A stretch of DNA of 64,000 bases from Candidatus Omnitrophota bacterium (GTDB lineage: Bacteria; Omnitrophota; Omnitrophia; Omnitrophales; JACROU01), in NCBI GenBank assembly GCA_029261035.1, contig JAJDCD010000008.1:162313-226312 (forward strand), written 5' to 3'. Shown piece by piece: positions 9,489 through 18,620 of the stretch (within the stretch, counting starts at the first letter, position 1; each line of letters opens with the position of its first letter). The notes under the pieces were generated by a model, which worked only from the letters and a program-made list of their open reading frames with translations, made no database searches and was not told the DNA's origin. A program made the translations under genes and the position numbers.

Positions 9489-12400
9489 TTAACGAGCTAC
9501 AGTTGCTTGCTCAGAACTCAAATTAGAAATAAGCTGAATCACTTCATTTAGACGCCCTTGAACCACTTGTTTTTCAGAAAGCAACAGTTCGTAACGGTCA
9601 TCAGCACTCTTCCTCAACGACTGTATCGAACGATCCAGTTCTTCCAATTTCTTTCTAAAAACAGACTCTTGTTTTTCAAGAAGCTCTTTTTCTTCTTCAA
9701 TAAATTTATTGATATCTTTATCAATTCCAATCAACTCTTTAGTAACATTGGATTTTTCTTTCTCTGCTTTCTTATCTCTCTTCAAGTCCTTTAGTTCTGA
9801 AAAAGAAATATTGTTAGCCTGCAAAGAATTTTGAATTTCTAATTGAAGCCTCTGCTTCAACTTCAATATGTTTTTATTTTTATTAATAATCAACGATTTT
9901 ACACCTTTAACCTCTTGACTCAATCGTTCGTATTCTACTTTCTTTTCATCTGAAAAAGCAGATTCTTGAATGACTGCTGGGGCTTGTTTTGATGAAATGG
10001 TCTCTGTCACAGCAACAGCTAAATCACTTTGACTTTGAGAAGAATATACTTCTGAGCCAGAAGATTTGCCCTCTAAGGCAAATGCTGCCAATCGAGAATT
10101 AATACCTGCCCATTCCTGCTCCAAGAAAGAAAGCTTTTGCGTTTCTTTATCCAGCTGATTAATCAAAGCTGTTTTCTTATCTTTGCGAGGGATGATTTTT
10201 GAAGCAAAATCAATTGTTTCTCCCAAAACATTCGAAGGTCTCTCAACCAGAACAGATCTAAACCTAAAGTTATTCATAGACTTTCCTTTTTTCTTCAATA
10301 GGTCTAAATTTTTATCGAGCTTTTCAATCTCTCGCCCTCTTGCCTCAATCATAATATTATCTAGCTCAATGGAGTCTTTAAGCTCTGAAATAAGAAAAGC
10401 TTCGTTTCCAGAAGCCTTAGAAACCTTAGCCGCTTCCTTGTTCATAATACTTTCTTCACTTCCCATTCCAAGAAAGAAGTACTTCACCCATTTTCCAGTT
10501 CCTTTAGCCGCCCCACCCACAGGTCCTAACATGCCTTGGTTCTGTCTCTCTTTGAGTAATTCGGCTAGCTCACTCAATTTATCCGTCTTCTGAGTTTGAC
10601 GGTCCTCAATTTCTTCAATGCGTAACCGGATATCTTTTTCTACTTGCTTTATTTTTTTCTTAAGTGCAATGCGCTCCCGACGTTGCTCTAATGTCATATC
10701 TTTCATTTCAGCTGTTAATGAAATAGGCTCCTTATTTTCAAACTCAACACTATCTATAACTTTTTCATTTTCTTCTTCAGCTTCTGCCAATGCAACATCA
10801 GCAACCAACTCTTTTTCGAAAGATGTCTGAATGGTTTGTATCACATCCTTAGCTTTAGCAATACGCTGTTCAGTTTTCTGCCTTTGATTCACTAAAGAAA
10901 GGAATGTTTCCCTTTCTGTCTGAGAGCTATTACCATCAAAAGGATTAATCTTTGTAATGGTCCCCCCTACAATTTCTGCAGGGTACTTAGCTAAGCTAAT
11001 AGGTGCTTTAGCTATCTGACCTACTTTACCCAAAATAGAACTTCCAAATTTAGAAAACGATTCCTGTATCTCTTTATACTGAGATTTCAACTGGGACAAT
11101 GTTTCCTCTTCTAAATCTAACTTCTGTTTCAATGTGCTAATTTGAGGATTTTGAGATAATACATCCTTAACCACAGGCTCGTCTTGTTCCAAAACTTCCA
11201 AACCCCAAGGGCCAACAGAAGCTAAACGAACTTTAAGGTTTTGCTTCTCTGAATACAACTCTTCTTTTTCAGATTTTAATTTTTGAAGTTTTTCATTCAA
11301 CTTCTCAAGATCTTTTTCTTTATACCTCATAATAGCTTGTAGCTCTAACTCTTTCCCACCCATAAAAGGCATTTTTTCCAATAAACGGAACCTGTCTGTA
11401 CGAACACCAAACTGCTCTTCCAATCGGATTAGGTCAGATTCTCTACGCGACAAAGAATACTTTTCAGCATCCAAACTATCCTGCCAACGATCTAAAGCTT
11501 TTTGCAAACTATCTGATGGATTTTTTTTCAACAATTTCTTTTTCTTATTTAATGACTTTTGACGCTCACCTATTTCTTTTTTGTCTCTTTCAAGGGCATT
11601 TCTTCTTAGCTTTAAACTTTGTTTTTTATTCTTATCAAAGCTTGACTCTTCTTTGTCTAAAGTTTTTTGAAGTGATTTAATTTTATCCTTTTCGCCTTTT
11701 AACTGACTAGAGTCAAAGCCATCCCTAATCTCTATCGCCTCTTTACGAGCTTGCAAATCTCGCCTTTTAGCTTCCAGCTGTTGAGAACGTTGTTCTAAAA
11801 ATTCCCCGGGTTTTCTCAACTGATTAATTTTACTCTTAGCCTGTCTACCCCATTCCGTATCAGGATACAGACGAACAACATCCTCATAATAAATAATTGC
11901 TGATTCTAAATAATTATCCTTTTCATAAAACTCACCTATTTTAAAATTCTTTTCAGCCGCTTTTTGCTTAATCACATTCTTTAATTTTATCGCCTTATCA
12001 ACGACAGGACTGTCAGGGTATTGTTTGATAAATTCATCAAAATTTTCAGAAGCTTTTTCTAAGCTTCTAAAATCACGGTCTGGACTCGAATTTCTCAAGA
12101 AAACACTTTCAGCCATTTCAAATCGAGCGTCATCCACCAAAACACTATCAGGATAATTATCAATTAAGGCTTGATACGCTTCTCCCGCTTTCCCAATCTC
12201 TTTGTTTTCTCTATAAGCTTGTGCTAAACGGTATTGAGCCTGGTCACCATAAGCGCTGTATGGAGAGGTTTCAACAATCTTTGAAAACACTTCAATAGCC
12301 TTGGTAATTGAAGGAACAACCCTCATTCCCAAAAACTTTTCTTTTTTACCACCCACATAAAGCATTCCAATATTAAATTGCTTTTCTACCACTTCGTCCA

Positions 12401-12794
12401 CACGTTCAGATTGCGGGTAATCTTCGATTATTTTCTGATAATTCTTAAAAGCCTTAAAGAAATTAGCATTCTCTTCCTGAATTTGCCCTAAGAAAAACAA
12501 AGATTCCGCAGCTAACACAGAAGATGGAAATTGTTTTATCAAATCTTCAAACTCATTCTGGGCTCGTTTATAGTTTTTCTCTTTATAGAACCCAAGGGAA
12601 TATTTAAACTGTTCATCAGCAGAATCCTCAATAGAAGATTGTGGATTGATAAACTTCCCCTGTTCTGGGGACCAAACCCAATAAGCAGCTCCAGTAGAAT
12701 TGATTCCAAAAGCAAATACTAAGATTAAAACAAGAACCTTCAATTTCTTAATTGACATAGAAGAACACCTCTTTAAAATAAATTTGTCTTGCAA
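9489..12794 (-). CDS. Secreted BamD/YfiO-like TPR domain protein fused to an ~800-aa K/E-rich coiled coil
   Basis: Signal peptide, then TPR repeats with the BamD-like pattern (YKRAQNEFEDLIKQFPSS..., YRLAQAYRENKEIGKAGEAYQALIDNYPDS..., QYPDSPVVDKA), then a long heptad-like coiled coil to the C-terminus. Confidence 0.5.
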   Translation of the reverse strand: MQDKFILKRCSSMSIKKLKVLVLILVFAFGINSTGAAYWVWSPEQGKFINPQSSIEDSADEQFKYSLGFYKEKNYKRAQNEFEDLIKQFPSSVLAAESLFFLGQIQEENANFFKAFKNYQKIIEDYPQSERVDEVVEKQFNIGMLYVGGKKEKFLGMRVVPSITKAIEVFSKIVETSPYSAYGDQAQYRLAQAYRENKEIGKAGEAYQALIDNYPDSVLVDDARFEMAESVFLRNSSPDRDFRSLEKASENFDEFIKQYPDSPVVDKAIKLKNVIKQKAAEKNFKIGEFYEKDNYLESAIIYYEDVVRLYPDTEWGRQAKSKINQLRKPGEFLEQRSQQLEAKRRDLQARKEAIEIRDGFDSSQLKGEKDKIKSLQKTLDKEESSFDKNKKQSLKLRRNALERDKKEIGERQKSLNKKKKLLKKNPSDSLQKALDRWQDSLDAEKYSLSRRESDLIRLEEQFGVRTDRFRLLEKMPFMGGKELELQAIMRYKEKDLEKLNEKLQKLKSEKEELYSEKQNLKVRLASVGPWGLEVLEQDEPVVKDVLSQNPQISTLKQKLDLEEETLSQLKSQYKEIQESFSKFGSSILGKVGQIAKAPISLAKYPAEIVGGTITKINPFDGNSSQTERETFLSLVNQRQKTEQRIAKAKDVIQTIQTSFEKELVADVALAEAEEENEKVIDSVEFENKEPISLTAEMKDMTLEQRRERIALKKKIKQVEKDIRLRIEEIEDRQTQKTDKLSELAELLKERQNQGMLGPVGGAAKGTGKWVKYFFLGMGSEESIMNKEAAKVSKASGNEAFLISELKDSIELDNIMIEARGREIEKLDKNLDLLKKKGKSMNNFRFRSVLVERPSNVLGETIDFASKIIPRKDKKTALINQLDKETQKLSFLEQEWAGINSRLAAFALEGKSSGSEVYSSQSQSDLAVAVTETISSKQAPAVIQESAFSDEKKVEYERLSQEVKGVKSLIINKNKNILKLKQRLQLEIQNSLQANNISFSELKDLKRDKKAEKEKSNVTKELIGIDKDINKFIEEEKELLEKQESVFRKKLEELDRSIQSLRKSADDRYELLLSEKQVVQGRLNEVIQLISNLSSEQATVAR

Positions 12795-12865
12795 GTAAGC
12801 CTATATTATAACACTTTTTAGGTCCTTCCTCATATAGTTTATTATGGCTTTACAACAGGATAAAA

Positions 12866-12900
12866 AGGGTTAAAAGTAAAATTCTTAACCCTTTTATTTT
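12866..12900. terminator. Hairpin terminator downstream of comEC
   Basis: AAAAGGGTTAA / TTAACCCTTTT stem with an 11-nt loop, flanked by T/A runs on both strands. Confidence 0.45.
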
Positions 12901-12931
12901 AAATAACTTAGAGCTCCCCCACCCCTATAGC

Positions 12932-15250
12932 TCATCTTCTCATTGGATTTATAGCATACCCATCCCTCATTTTAGTCAGTTTGAGTCCGCCATCCCTATT
13001 GAACTCAAAAACACCGACTCCTTGCCTTTCAAATAACTCCCGTACTTCCGACGATATTTTCAAAATTAAAATTTGCTTGGGTTTTAAATCAAGAATTGAA
13101 GAAATAACGGGATCTTCAACATGACTAATGGAATCATGAAGATAGAGCACATCAAAAAAAGAATTTAAAGAACGGATGAATGAATTATCCTTATAATCTA
13201 AGACGCAGATTCGAACGCCTTCAAAATCAAGAATAACACCCATCTCTTTCTTTAAGGGAAGAACCATATTCTTTTCATTTCCTGGAGTTAAAATATTTTT
13301 CAAGCTTCCCTTATCTTTCTTTATTGCTTTAATACTTCTCATAAACATTTCATCTTTTGGATAGGGCCATGGAAAATGAAGAGTTCGAACAAAACCATAG
13401 TTCGTCAGTTTTTCAAGAGATCCCCAATAATTTTTGTTTTTAGATGTGACCCAAACATCCTCCAACGATCGAATCCCCCAATATTTTAATATCGAACATA
13501 TAGAATTTTTATTCTTAGGCCCCAGATTGATTAACGAACTCTCAAATGGTTTTTCTTTTAAAATTAAAATGGGGGCTTTTCCATGATATAAAAACACGAC
13601 ACTTTTTTGATATTGGCTCCATGGAACTAGCATACATACTGAAATGATAACTATAGAAAATATCAGCATACTTTTTTTCCACAATTCCCATTGCCGATAA
13701 CTTTGGAAACAAAAACACACAAAGCAACTATAATACATAACTACAAGCATTAGAGAAGGCCTGGATAAATAAAAATAAGAATTACTAGCTACAGACAAAA
13801 CATCCACTACGACCAATGCCCCTTGAAGCAAACTCGCTGGCAACTTTCCTAGAAGAATGCCTAAGGGCAAAGACACAAAACTCAGAGGCAGAATAAAAAA
13901 CAAAAGCATAAGAGAGAAAATTAAAATCGGGACAATAATAAGATTGCTAATCAAGCTCGTAACAGTAACCATATTAAAATACCAAAGAATCAATGGCCAC
14001 AATCCAAAAAAGACTACAATGCTTGCAATCGCCGTAGAGAGAAAAAATCGAATTACGTTCTTAGTGACAGGTTGTTGATTTATGAAATGGGAATGCACAT
14101 CAAAAAGAATAAAATAACGTTCTAACTCAGGTGTAATAAAAATTAAAAAAGCAACCGCCACAAAGGATAATTGAAGAGAAGGTGAAAATAAAGATTGAGG
14201 GTTCATTAAAAGAATTAGAAATAATGCTAGAAAAATATTTGAAACAACTTCGCTTTTTCTTTGAATCAAAACTCCTACCATTACAGCAAAGATCATTATC
14301 CCAGCTCTCACAATTGGGATTTGAGATCCTACAAATGGTACATAGATTAAAATCACACAACAGCAAAAAAAGGCAGCGCTTTTTCTACTGAATCCCATTA
14401 ATAAGAAAAGGAAATAACACCCTCCCACAATAAGGGATATATGAAATCCACTGATCACTAAAACATGTATTGTTCCCGTATTTCTAAAGTCTTCTATAAT
14501 ATCTTTGGGGATATTTTTTTTATTTCCTGTTAACAGAGCTTTAAAAAGAGCACTTTCAGGCATTTGAAATATTTTATCTAGATGCTTCTCGAAGCTTATT
14601 CTAAGTCGCGAAAGATAGGGGGAAATACCTGATGCCTTATAAGAAAGAATGAGTACATTTTTCTTAGCTACGCTCAAAAGAACCGAGTTAATTCCTCTTT
14701 GACTTAAATACTCTTTATAGTCAAACTCCCCCAAATTCATTATTTCTCTTGGACGAGATAATTCCCCAAAAACTCGAACACGATCGTTTATTTGCGGAAC
14801 CCGATTAGGCTGAATAACGGTAACACGAACTTTTCCACGAACTTCCCTTCTTAAAATAGATCCTTCCAGACGACCTAACTTAGGCTGCCACCAACCACTT
14901 GACTCTAAATCAAAAATGATTTTACGTCTCTTACCCTTTACTCTCTCATCAACAAAAGAAACAACATGCCCCTCTAAATAACCTTTTCCACTCTGAAGCT
15001 CTACAGATAAATCACCATTCTGTTTCATTGCATTGGAATAAAGGATTCCAAAAAAAATTAAGAACAAACAACATAACAGAAAAAATAAACGCCACCCCTT
15101 AACTAATATTAAATAAAAAAATATTAATAGTAAAATACAGAAAGTGAGTAAGGGATGAAAAAAATCTGTATAACATTCTAAGAGTATTCCAAAAGAAAAA
15201 CATAAGGTAGCCCAAACGACAGGACGTTGAACTGTCTCAAAACGCCACAT
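12932..15250 (-). CDS. comEC: ComEC/Rec2-family DNA internalization competence protein
   Basis: 772 aa polytopic membrane protein. Competence domain motif (VLVISGFHISLIVGG) and the overall ComEC architecture. Confidence 0.75.
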   Translation of the reverse strand: MWRFETVQRPVVWATLCFSFGILLECYTDFFHPLLTFCILLLIFFYLILVKGWRLFFLLCCLFLIFFGILYSNAMKQNGDLSVELQSGKGYLEGHVVSFVDERVKGKRRKIIFDLESSGWWQPKLGRLEGSILRREVRGKVRVTVIQPNRVPQINDRVRVFGELSRPREIMNLGEFDYKEYLSQRGINSVLLSVAKKNVLILSYKASGISPYLSRLRISFEKHLDKIFQMPESALFKALLTGNKKNIPKDIIEDFRNTGTIHVLVISGFHISLIVGGCYFLFLLMGFSRKSAAFFCCCVILIYVPFVGSQIPIVRAGIMIFAVMVGVLIQRKSEVVSNIFLALFLILLMNPQSLFSPSLQLSFVAVAFLIFITPELERYFILFDVHSHFINQQPVTKNVIRFFLSTAIASIVVFFGLWPLILWYFNMVTVTSLISNLIIVPILIFSLMLLFFILPLSFVSLPLGILLGKLPASLLQGALVVVDVLSVASNSYFYLSRPSLMLVVMYYSCFVCFCFQSYRQWELWKKSMLIFSIVIISVCMLVPWSQYQKSVVFLYHGKAPILILKEKPFESSLINLGPKNKNSICSILKYWGIRSLEDVWVTSKNKNYWGSLEKLTNYGFVRTLHFPWPYPKDEMFMRSIKAIKKDKGSLKNILTPGNEKNMVLPLKKEMGVILDFEGVRICVLDYKDNSFIRSLNSFFDVLYLHDSISHVEDPVISSILDLKPKQILILKISSEVRELFERQGVGVFEFNRDGGLKLTKMRDGYAINPMRR

Positions 15251-15353
15251 TACATTTTACGAATTAAAACAAGAAAATAAGAAGCAAAAAGAATAACAAA
15301 AATAGTTAGCCCTATCCATTTGTAATAGTAAAAGTCTCTATCCATTTTTACTA

Positions 15354-15593
15354 TTACCCTTGAAGTCTGCTTAATTCATTTTCAACACGAGCAATTCCTT
15401 TTTTTAACTCGAAATAATATTTAGGATTAATCCTTAGAGCTTTCTTGGAAGGTCTATAATCTCCTTGTTCCTCTGCCTTAAAATAAACTCTCTGATCTAT
15501 AAAGGGTTTTCCTTCATAAACACCACAAACAATTCTAATCTCTTCTTGTTCATTAATCTGAAACGAGTGCAAAATCTTCTCTTCCATTACCAA
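15354..15593 (-). CDS. Small PC4/YdbC-like putative ssDNA-binding protein
   Basis: 79 aa. The pattern EIRIVCGVYEGKPFIDQRVYFKAEEQGDYRPSKKALRINPKYYFELKKGI resembles the PC4 fold (target, then Gk..vDiR.yy..dge..ptkKGisL). Weak, recognised by eye only. Confidence 0.35.
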   Translation of the reverse strand: MVMEEKILHSFQINEQEEIRIVCGVYEGKPFIDQRVYFKAEEQGDYRPSKKALRINPKYYFELKKGIARVENELSRLQG

Positions 15594-15660
15594 CCTCCTA
15601 TTTATATTATAAATAATTAATATTATTATTTATTATATATAAATATAAAGAATAAGCAAT

Positions 15661-15972
15661 TTATTTTTTAATTTTTAGGAATTTTACCTTAGAATAAACC
15701 CAAAGAATAACTACAAAAGTAATAAAAGAAAAGCCCATGAAGAAATCTTCTATCGGAATAGTCCCAATACGAAACCCTGATATAGCATCTGATCCATAAA
15801 GAAATACGGGGCGTGAAGTAAGATAACCATTAACTATCAACTCTGCAAACATCATAACAGCAATAAAAATCAAAAACTTTAAATCCTTTAAAACATATGT
15901 CTTAAGAACTAAATCAAGAATAACAACAACAAGCACTGAGAGCAAGCCAAAGAGAGTATAACTAGGAATCAT
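15661..15972 (-). CDS. Lycopene cyclase domain protein, one half of a heterodimeric CrtYc/CrtYd-type cyclase
   Basis: 103 aa, 3 TM segments, and the characteristic PxE(E/D) motif (GTIPIEDFFMGF). Overlaps its partner by 11 bp at the end of the carotenoid cluster. Confidence 0.55.
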   Translation of the reverse strand: MIPSYTLFGLLSVLVVVILDLVLKTYVLKDLKFLIFIAVMMFAELIVNGYLTSRPVFLYGSDAISGFRIGTIPIEDFFMGFSFITFVVILWVYSKVKFLKIKK

Positions 15973-16291
15973 TTCGTTTCTCCCCTAGACGCACTCTGAG
16001 TTGAATAACCTCATATGTAAATATAGAAATAAATCCCAGGAAAAGAAAAAATAGATACTCTTCAATAGGTAAACCCAATAGTTTTAAACCCAATATATAA
16101 TCTGGATTAAAACTCCAATGTCCTTGATGAGACGCAAAAATATCCCACAACAAATAAATTGTTGATGGCAATAAAATAGAAAACAACATTGATTTCCAAA
16201 ATCGATACAATTTCAGATCACGATGATTTGCAACAATAAGAGGTATGCTTATACAAAGTATTAAAACAATAAAATATAAATATTTAATCAT
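15962..16291 (-). CDS. Lycopene cyclase domain protein, the second half of the heterodimeric CrtYc/CrtYd-type cyclase
   Basis: 109 aa, 3 TM segments, PxEE motif (LGLPIEEYLFFL). Confidence 0.55.
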   Translation of the reverse strand: MIKYLYFIVLILCISIPLIVANHRDLKLYRFWKSMLFSILLPSTIYLLWDIFASHQGHWSFNPDYILGLKLLGLPIEEYLFFLFLGFISIFTYEVIQLRVRLGEKRNDS

Positions 16292-17034
16292 GAAACAGCC
16301 TGAGTTTTAATCTTTCTAATACAAACTATTGCCACAGAAATAAAAGCAAAGCTTAAAAAAGTAGGTAAATAAAAACCCTTCAATAAAATACTCACACTAA
16401 ACAAAAACCAAAGAAGAAAATAAACAACTCCAGGAACCCAGTCCAATTGATCCCAAGAGCGCTCCTCAGGAGTTTGAATAAAAAGCAAAAGACAGAAACC
16501 AAAAACAAACCAGCTTACATAGTTTGATTTAGGAATCACATTCCCCTCCCAGATCCAATAATTAAAAACAGATGTCGCAAATGGCTCTAATACAATATCA
16601 AAAGCCAAAACAAATATAGATGCAAAAAGCGCCAATAGAAGCGGAGAGGCTTTGCCCCTAAATAACTTTAAAACCAAACCATAAGAGCTAACTACAACCA
16701 AATACCACGCTAGGCCAATTAATATGGGGACACCATAGACAGAATAGCTCAAGGCATCTGTGTAAGTATATTGCCCAAAAGGGATTCCTGTATGCACTCC
16801 CAATAGCTCTATTCCAATAGCAGAAAGAACAATTAAAAAAAACTGAGAAAAAGCTCTAGACCAAGAAACGTTAAGCGCTGCCCATATAAAAATAAGTATA
16901 GAAAAGAGGATCAGTGAAACAGAAGACGTAAACGCCCATGTCTCTGGAAGCTTATCAAAAGCTACAAAGTAAAGACTGAATGGAAATAAAAAAATAGAGA
17001 GATAAGTTAAATATAAGCAAATTTTCTTAAGCAT
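16288..17034 (-). CDS. Polytopic membrane protein, possibly a CruF-like carotenoid 1',2'-hydratase / carotenoid biosynthesis membrane protein
   Basis: 248 aa with ~7 TM segments, Trp-rich, embedded in the crt operon. The assignment rests on context plus size and topology. Confidence 0.35.
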   Translation of the reverse strand: MLKKICLYLTYLSIFLFPFSLYFVAFDKLPETWAFTSSVSLILFSILIFIWAALNVSWSRAFSQFFLIVLSAIGIELLGVHTGIPFGQYTYTDALSYSVYGVPILIGLAWYLVVVSSYGLVLKLFRGKASPLLLALFASIFVLAFDIVLEPFATSVFNYWIWEGNVIPKSNYVSWFVFGFCLLLFIQTPEERSWDQLDWVPGVVYFLLWFLFSVSILLKGFYLPTFLSFAFISVAIVCIRKIKTQAVS

Positions 17035-17602
17035 TAACCGCTTCCAATTCTTCTTTTGAGTTTAGAATAAATTCATTTAACATTTTATCCAACATCTCTT
17101 TAACGCGTTCACTCAAGAACTCTTCGCCCAATAAGGGGGCCATCCAATGAAATTTCAACCCATTAGAACGTGTGAATTTTAAATTCATAGAAATATTTAT
17201 TTGACTTTCATTATTCGGTTTAGGTTCTACTTTAATTTCACATCGCATAAAATCCTCTGATTCTTTAGGAGATGTGAATATCATATGATTCGAATTTAAA
17301 ACTTCTCTTTTAGAAATAAAGGTCCCTGTCATATCTCTAGCCATTGGCACAGGAATTTTTAAATCCCAAAGAAAATCCTCTCCCTTCAATTGTTCGATAC
17401 TCTCAATCCCTGGCAAGTTTCTAGAAATAAATTCAGGACTATTAAATGCCTGTAATTGATCCACGGAACGCGGCACTTCATATGTGACAGAAGTATTCGC
17501 ATTAACCACAAAATCTTTTGCATAGACACTCATAGGAATCAAACAAAAAAAACTAAAAAACAATAGACACCTTATTCCTCTAAACATAACATTCTCCTTC
17601 AT
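17027..17602 (-). CDS. Secreted hypothetical protein inside the carotenoid operon
   Basis: 191 aa with a signal peptide (MKENVMFRGIRCLLFFSFFCLIPMSVYA). No recognisable domain. Confidence 0.4.
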   Translation of the reverse strand: MKENVMFRGIRCLLFFSFFCLIPMSVYAKDFVVNANTSVTYEVPRSVDQLQAFNSPEFISRNLPGIESIEQLKGEDFLWDLKIPVPMARDMTGTFISKREVLNSNHMIFTSPKESEDFMRCEIKVEPKPNNESQINISMNLKFTRSNGLKFHWMAPLLGEEFLSERVKEMLDKMLNEFILNSKEELEAVNA

Positions 17603-18294
17603 TAGTTAATCTTCAATGACCCAAAACTATCCACAATAGAAAACCGTGCAAACAACTCTTCCTTATACCAATTTTCATCTCGAGTTCTTTTAATAACTCT
17701 TTTATGATCTTTACTATTATAAGCAAACTCCATCAAAGACTCTTCATTGTCCCATACACTAAAAGTAGCCTGTCGAAACCACGGAATCTCCCCAAAACCA
17801 ACAGAATGTCTCAGTCCTTTCATCGTCTCTAAGGAACGACTCACAGGCTCTACTTCGCTCCAAAATTGTGTCATACGACTCAAATGAATCGTAGCACGTG
17901 TCAAAATAGCAATAGGCCCATCTCCTTGACCCATCTCACTCGCTAAAAACAGACCGTCTCCATCCCATTTTCCAGCAGAACGTGTCGGTTCTAAAGCAAT
18001 CCATCCTAATTCTGTAGAACATTCTTCAAAGCGCTTATATATCCACGAGGTCTCTCTAAATCGCTCCCAATCCTCTTTTGACTCCCATGTGGTAAACAAA
18101 ACATACCGACTCCAATTTGGCTTCACACTAAACCCCAAACCACGCCCAGTGCCCCCCACCTTAGAAAACAAGAGCCCCTTAACCCGACTCAACTCCAAAG
18201 GATCCAAACCCGCACGCACAAATGCCAAAGGAACAAACCTCTTAGGATACTTCACAACAACAAACACAGCAAAAGAACTCAATCTCGACATCAA
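17602..18294 (-). CDS. CrtA-family carotenoid oxygenase (spheroidene monooxygenase / 2'-hydroxylase-like)
   Basis: 230 aa. Blocks ILTRATI, QATFSVWDNEESL and the C-terminal ELFARFSIVDSFGSL recall Rhodobacter CrtA (VLTRATV, ATFSLW, DLFARFEV..G). Confidence 0.5.
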   Translation of the reverse strand: MMSRLSSFAVFVVVKYPKRFVPLAFVRAGLDPLELSRVKGLLFSKVGGTGRGLGFSVKPNWSRYVLFTTWESKEDWERFRETSWIYKRFEECSTELGWIALEPTRSAGKWDGDGLFLASEMGQGDGPIAILTRATIHLSRMTQFWSEVEPVSRSLETMKGLRHSVGFGEIPWFRQATFSVWDNEESLMEFAYNSKDHKRVIKRTRDENWYKEELFARFSIVDSFGSLKIN

Positions 18295-18458
18295 ACCGCC
18301 TCATTCGATATTATTAGACCCACCTATAAGACAATGGAAAAAGTAAATCCTAAAACAACTACTCCATCCCATCAAAGGCGTAATCCCAATATTTCTAATA
18401 AATAGCAAAAACAAACAAGCATTTCGTTATTCAAAATAACGAAATAACATTAAACCAA

Positions 18459-18492
18459 GGAAAGAAGAGCCCTCGATGGCGCTCTTCTTTCC
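18459..18492. repeat. Perfect 12-bp stem hairpin (GGAAAGAAGAGC, 10-nt loop, GCTCTTCTTTCC) in the intra-operon spacer
   Basis: Read directly from the sequence. It is GC-rich relative to its surroundings. Confidence 0.5.
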
Positions 18493-18526
18493 AACGCTCC
18501 ACACTCCCATTTTACATTAAAGTCAT

Positions 18527-18620
18527 AAAAAAGATCTTCCCGCCGCGAGTTCACAAAAGCGACAGGCACCTTAGGTGACGGTCACTTTTGTGCTGTCTGA
18601 GCGCCGGGAAGATCTTTTTT
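18527..18620. repeat. 94-nt palindromic element: perfect 16-bp terminal inverted repeats (AAAAAAGATCTTCCCG / CGGGAAGATCTTTTTT) flanking a 62-nt core with nested palindromes (CACAAAAG...CTTTTGTG, GTGACGGTCAC)
   Basis: Read directly. It overlaps the stop codon region of the GT2 gene and sits 230 nt upstream of the CrtA-like start. Confidence 0.5.

Noticed and set aside
15594-15660. AT-rich stretch with short TATTATTA/ATATAA iterations resembling a repeat array.
   Set aside because: It has no regular spacer/repeat periodicity. It is simply an AT-rich intergenic region (likely promoter/terminator DNA), not a CRISPR or tandem repeat.
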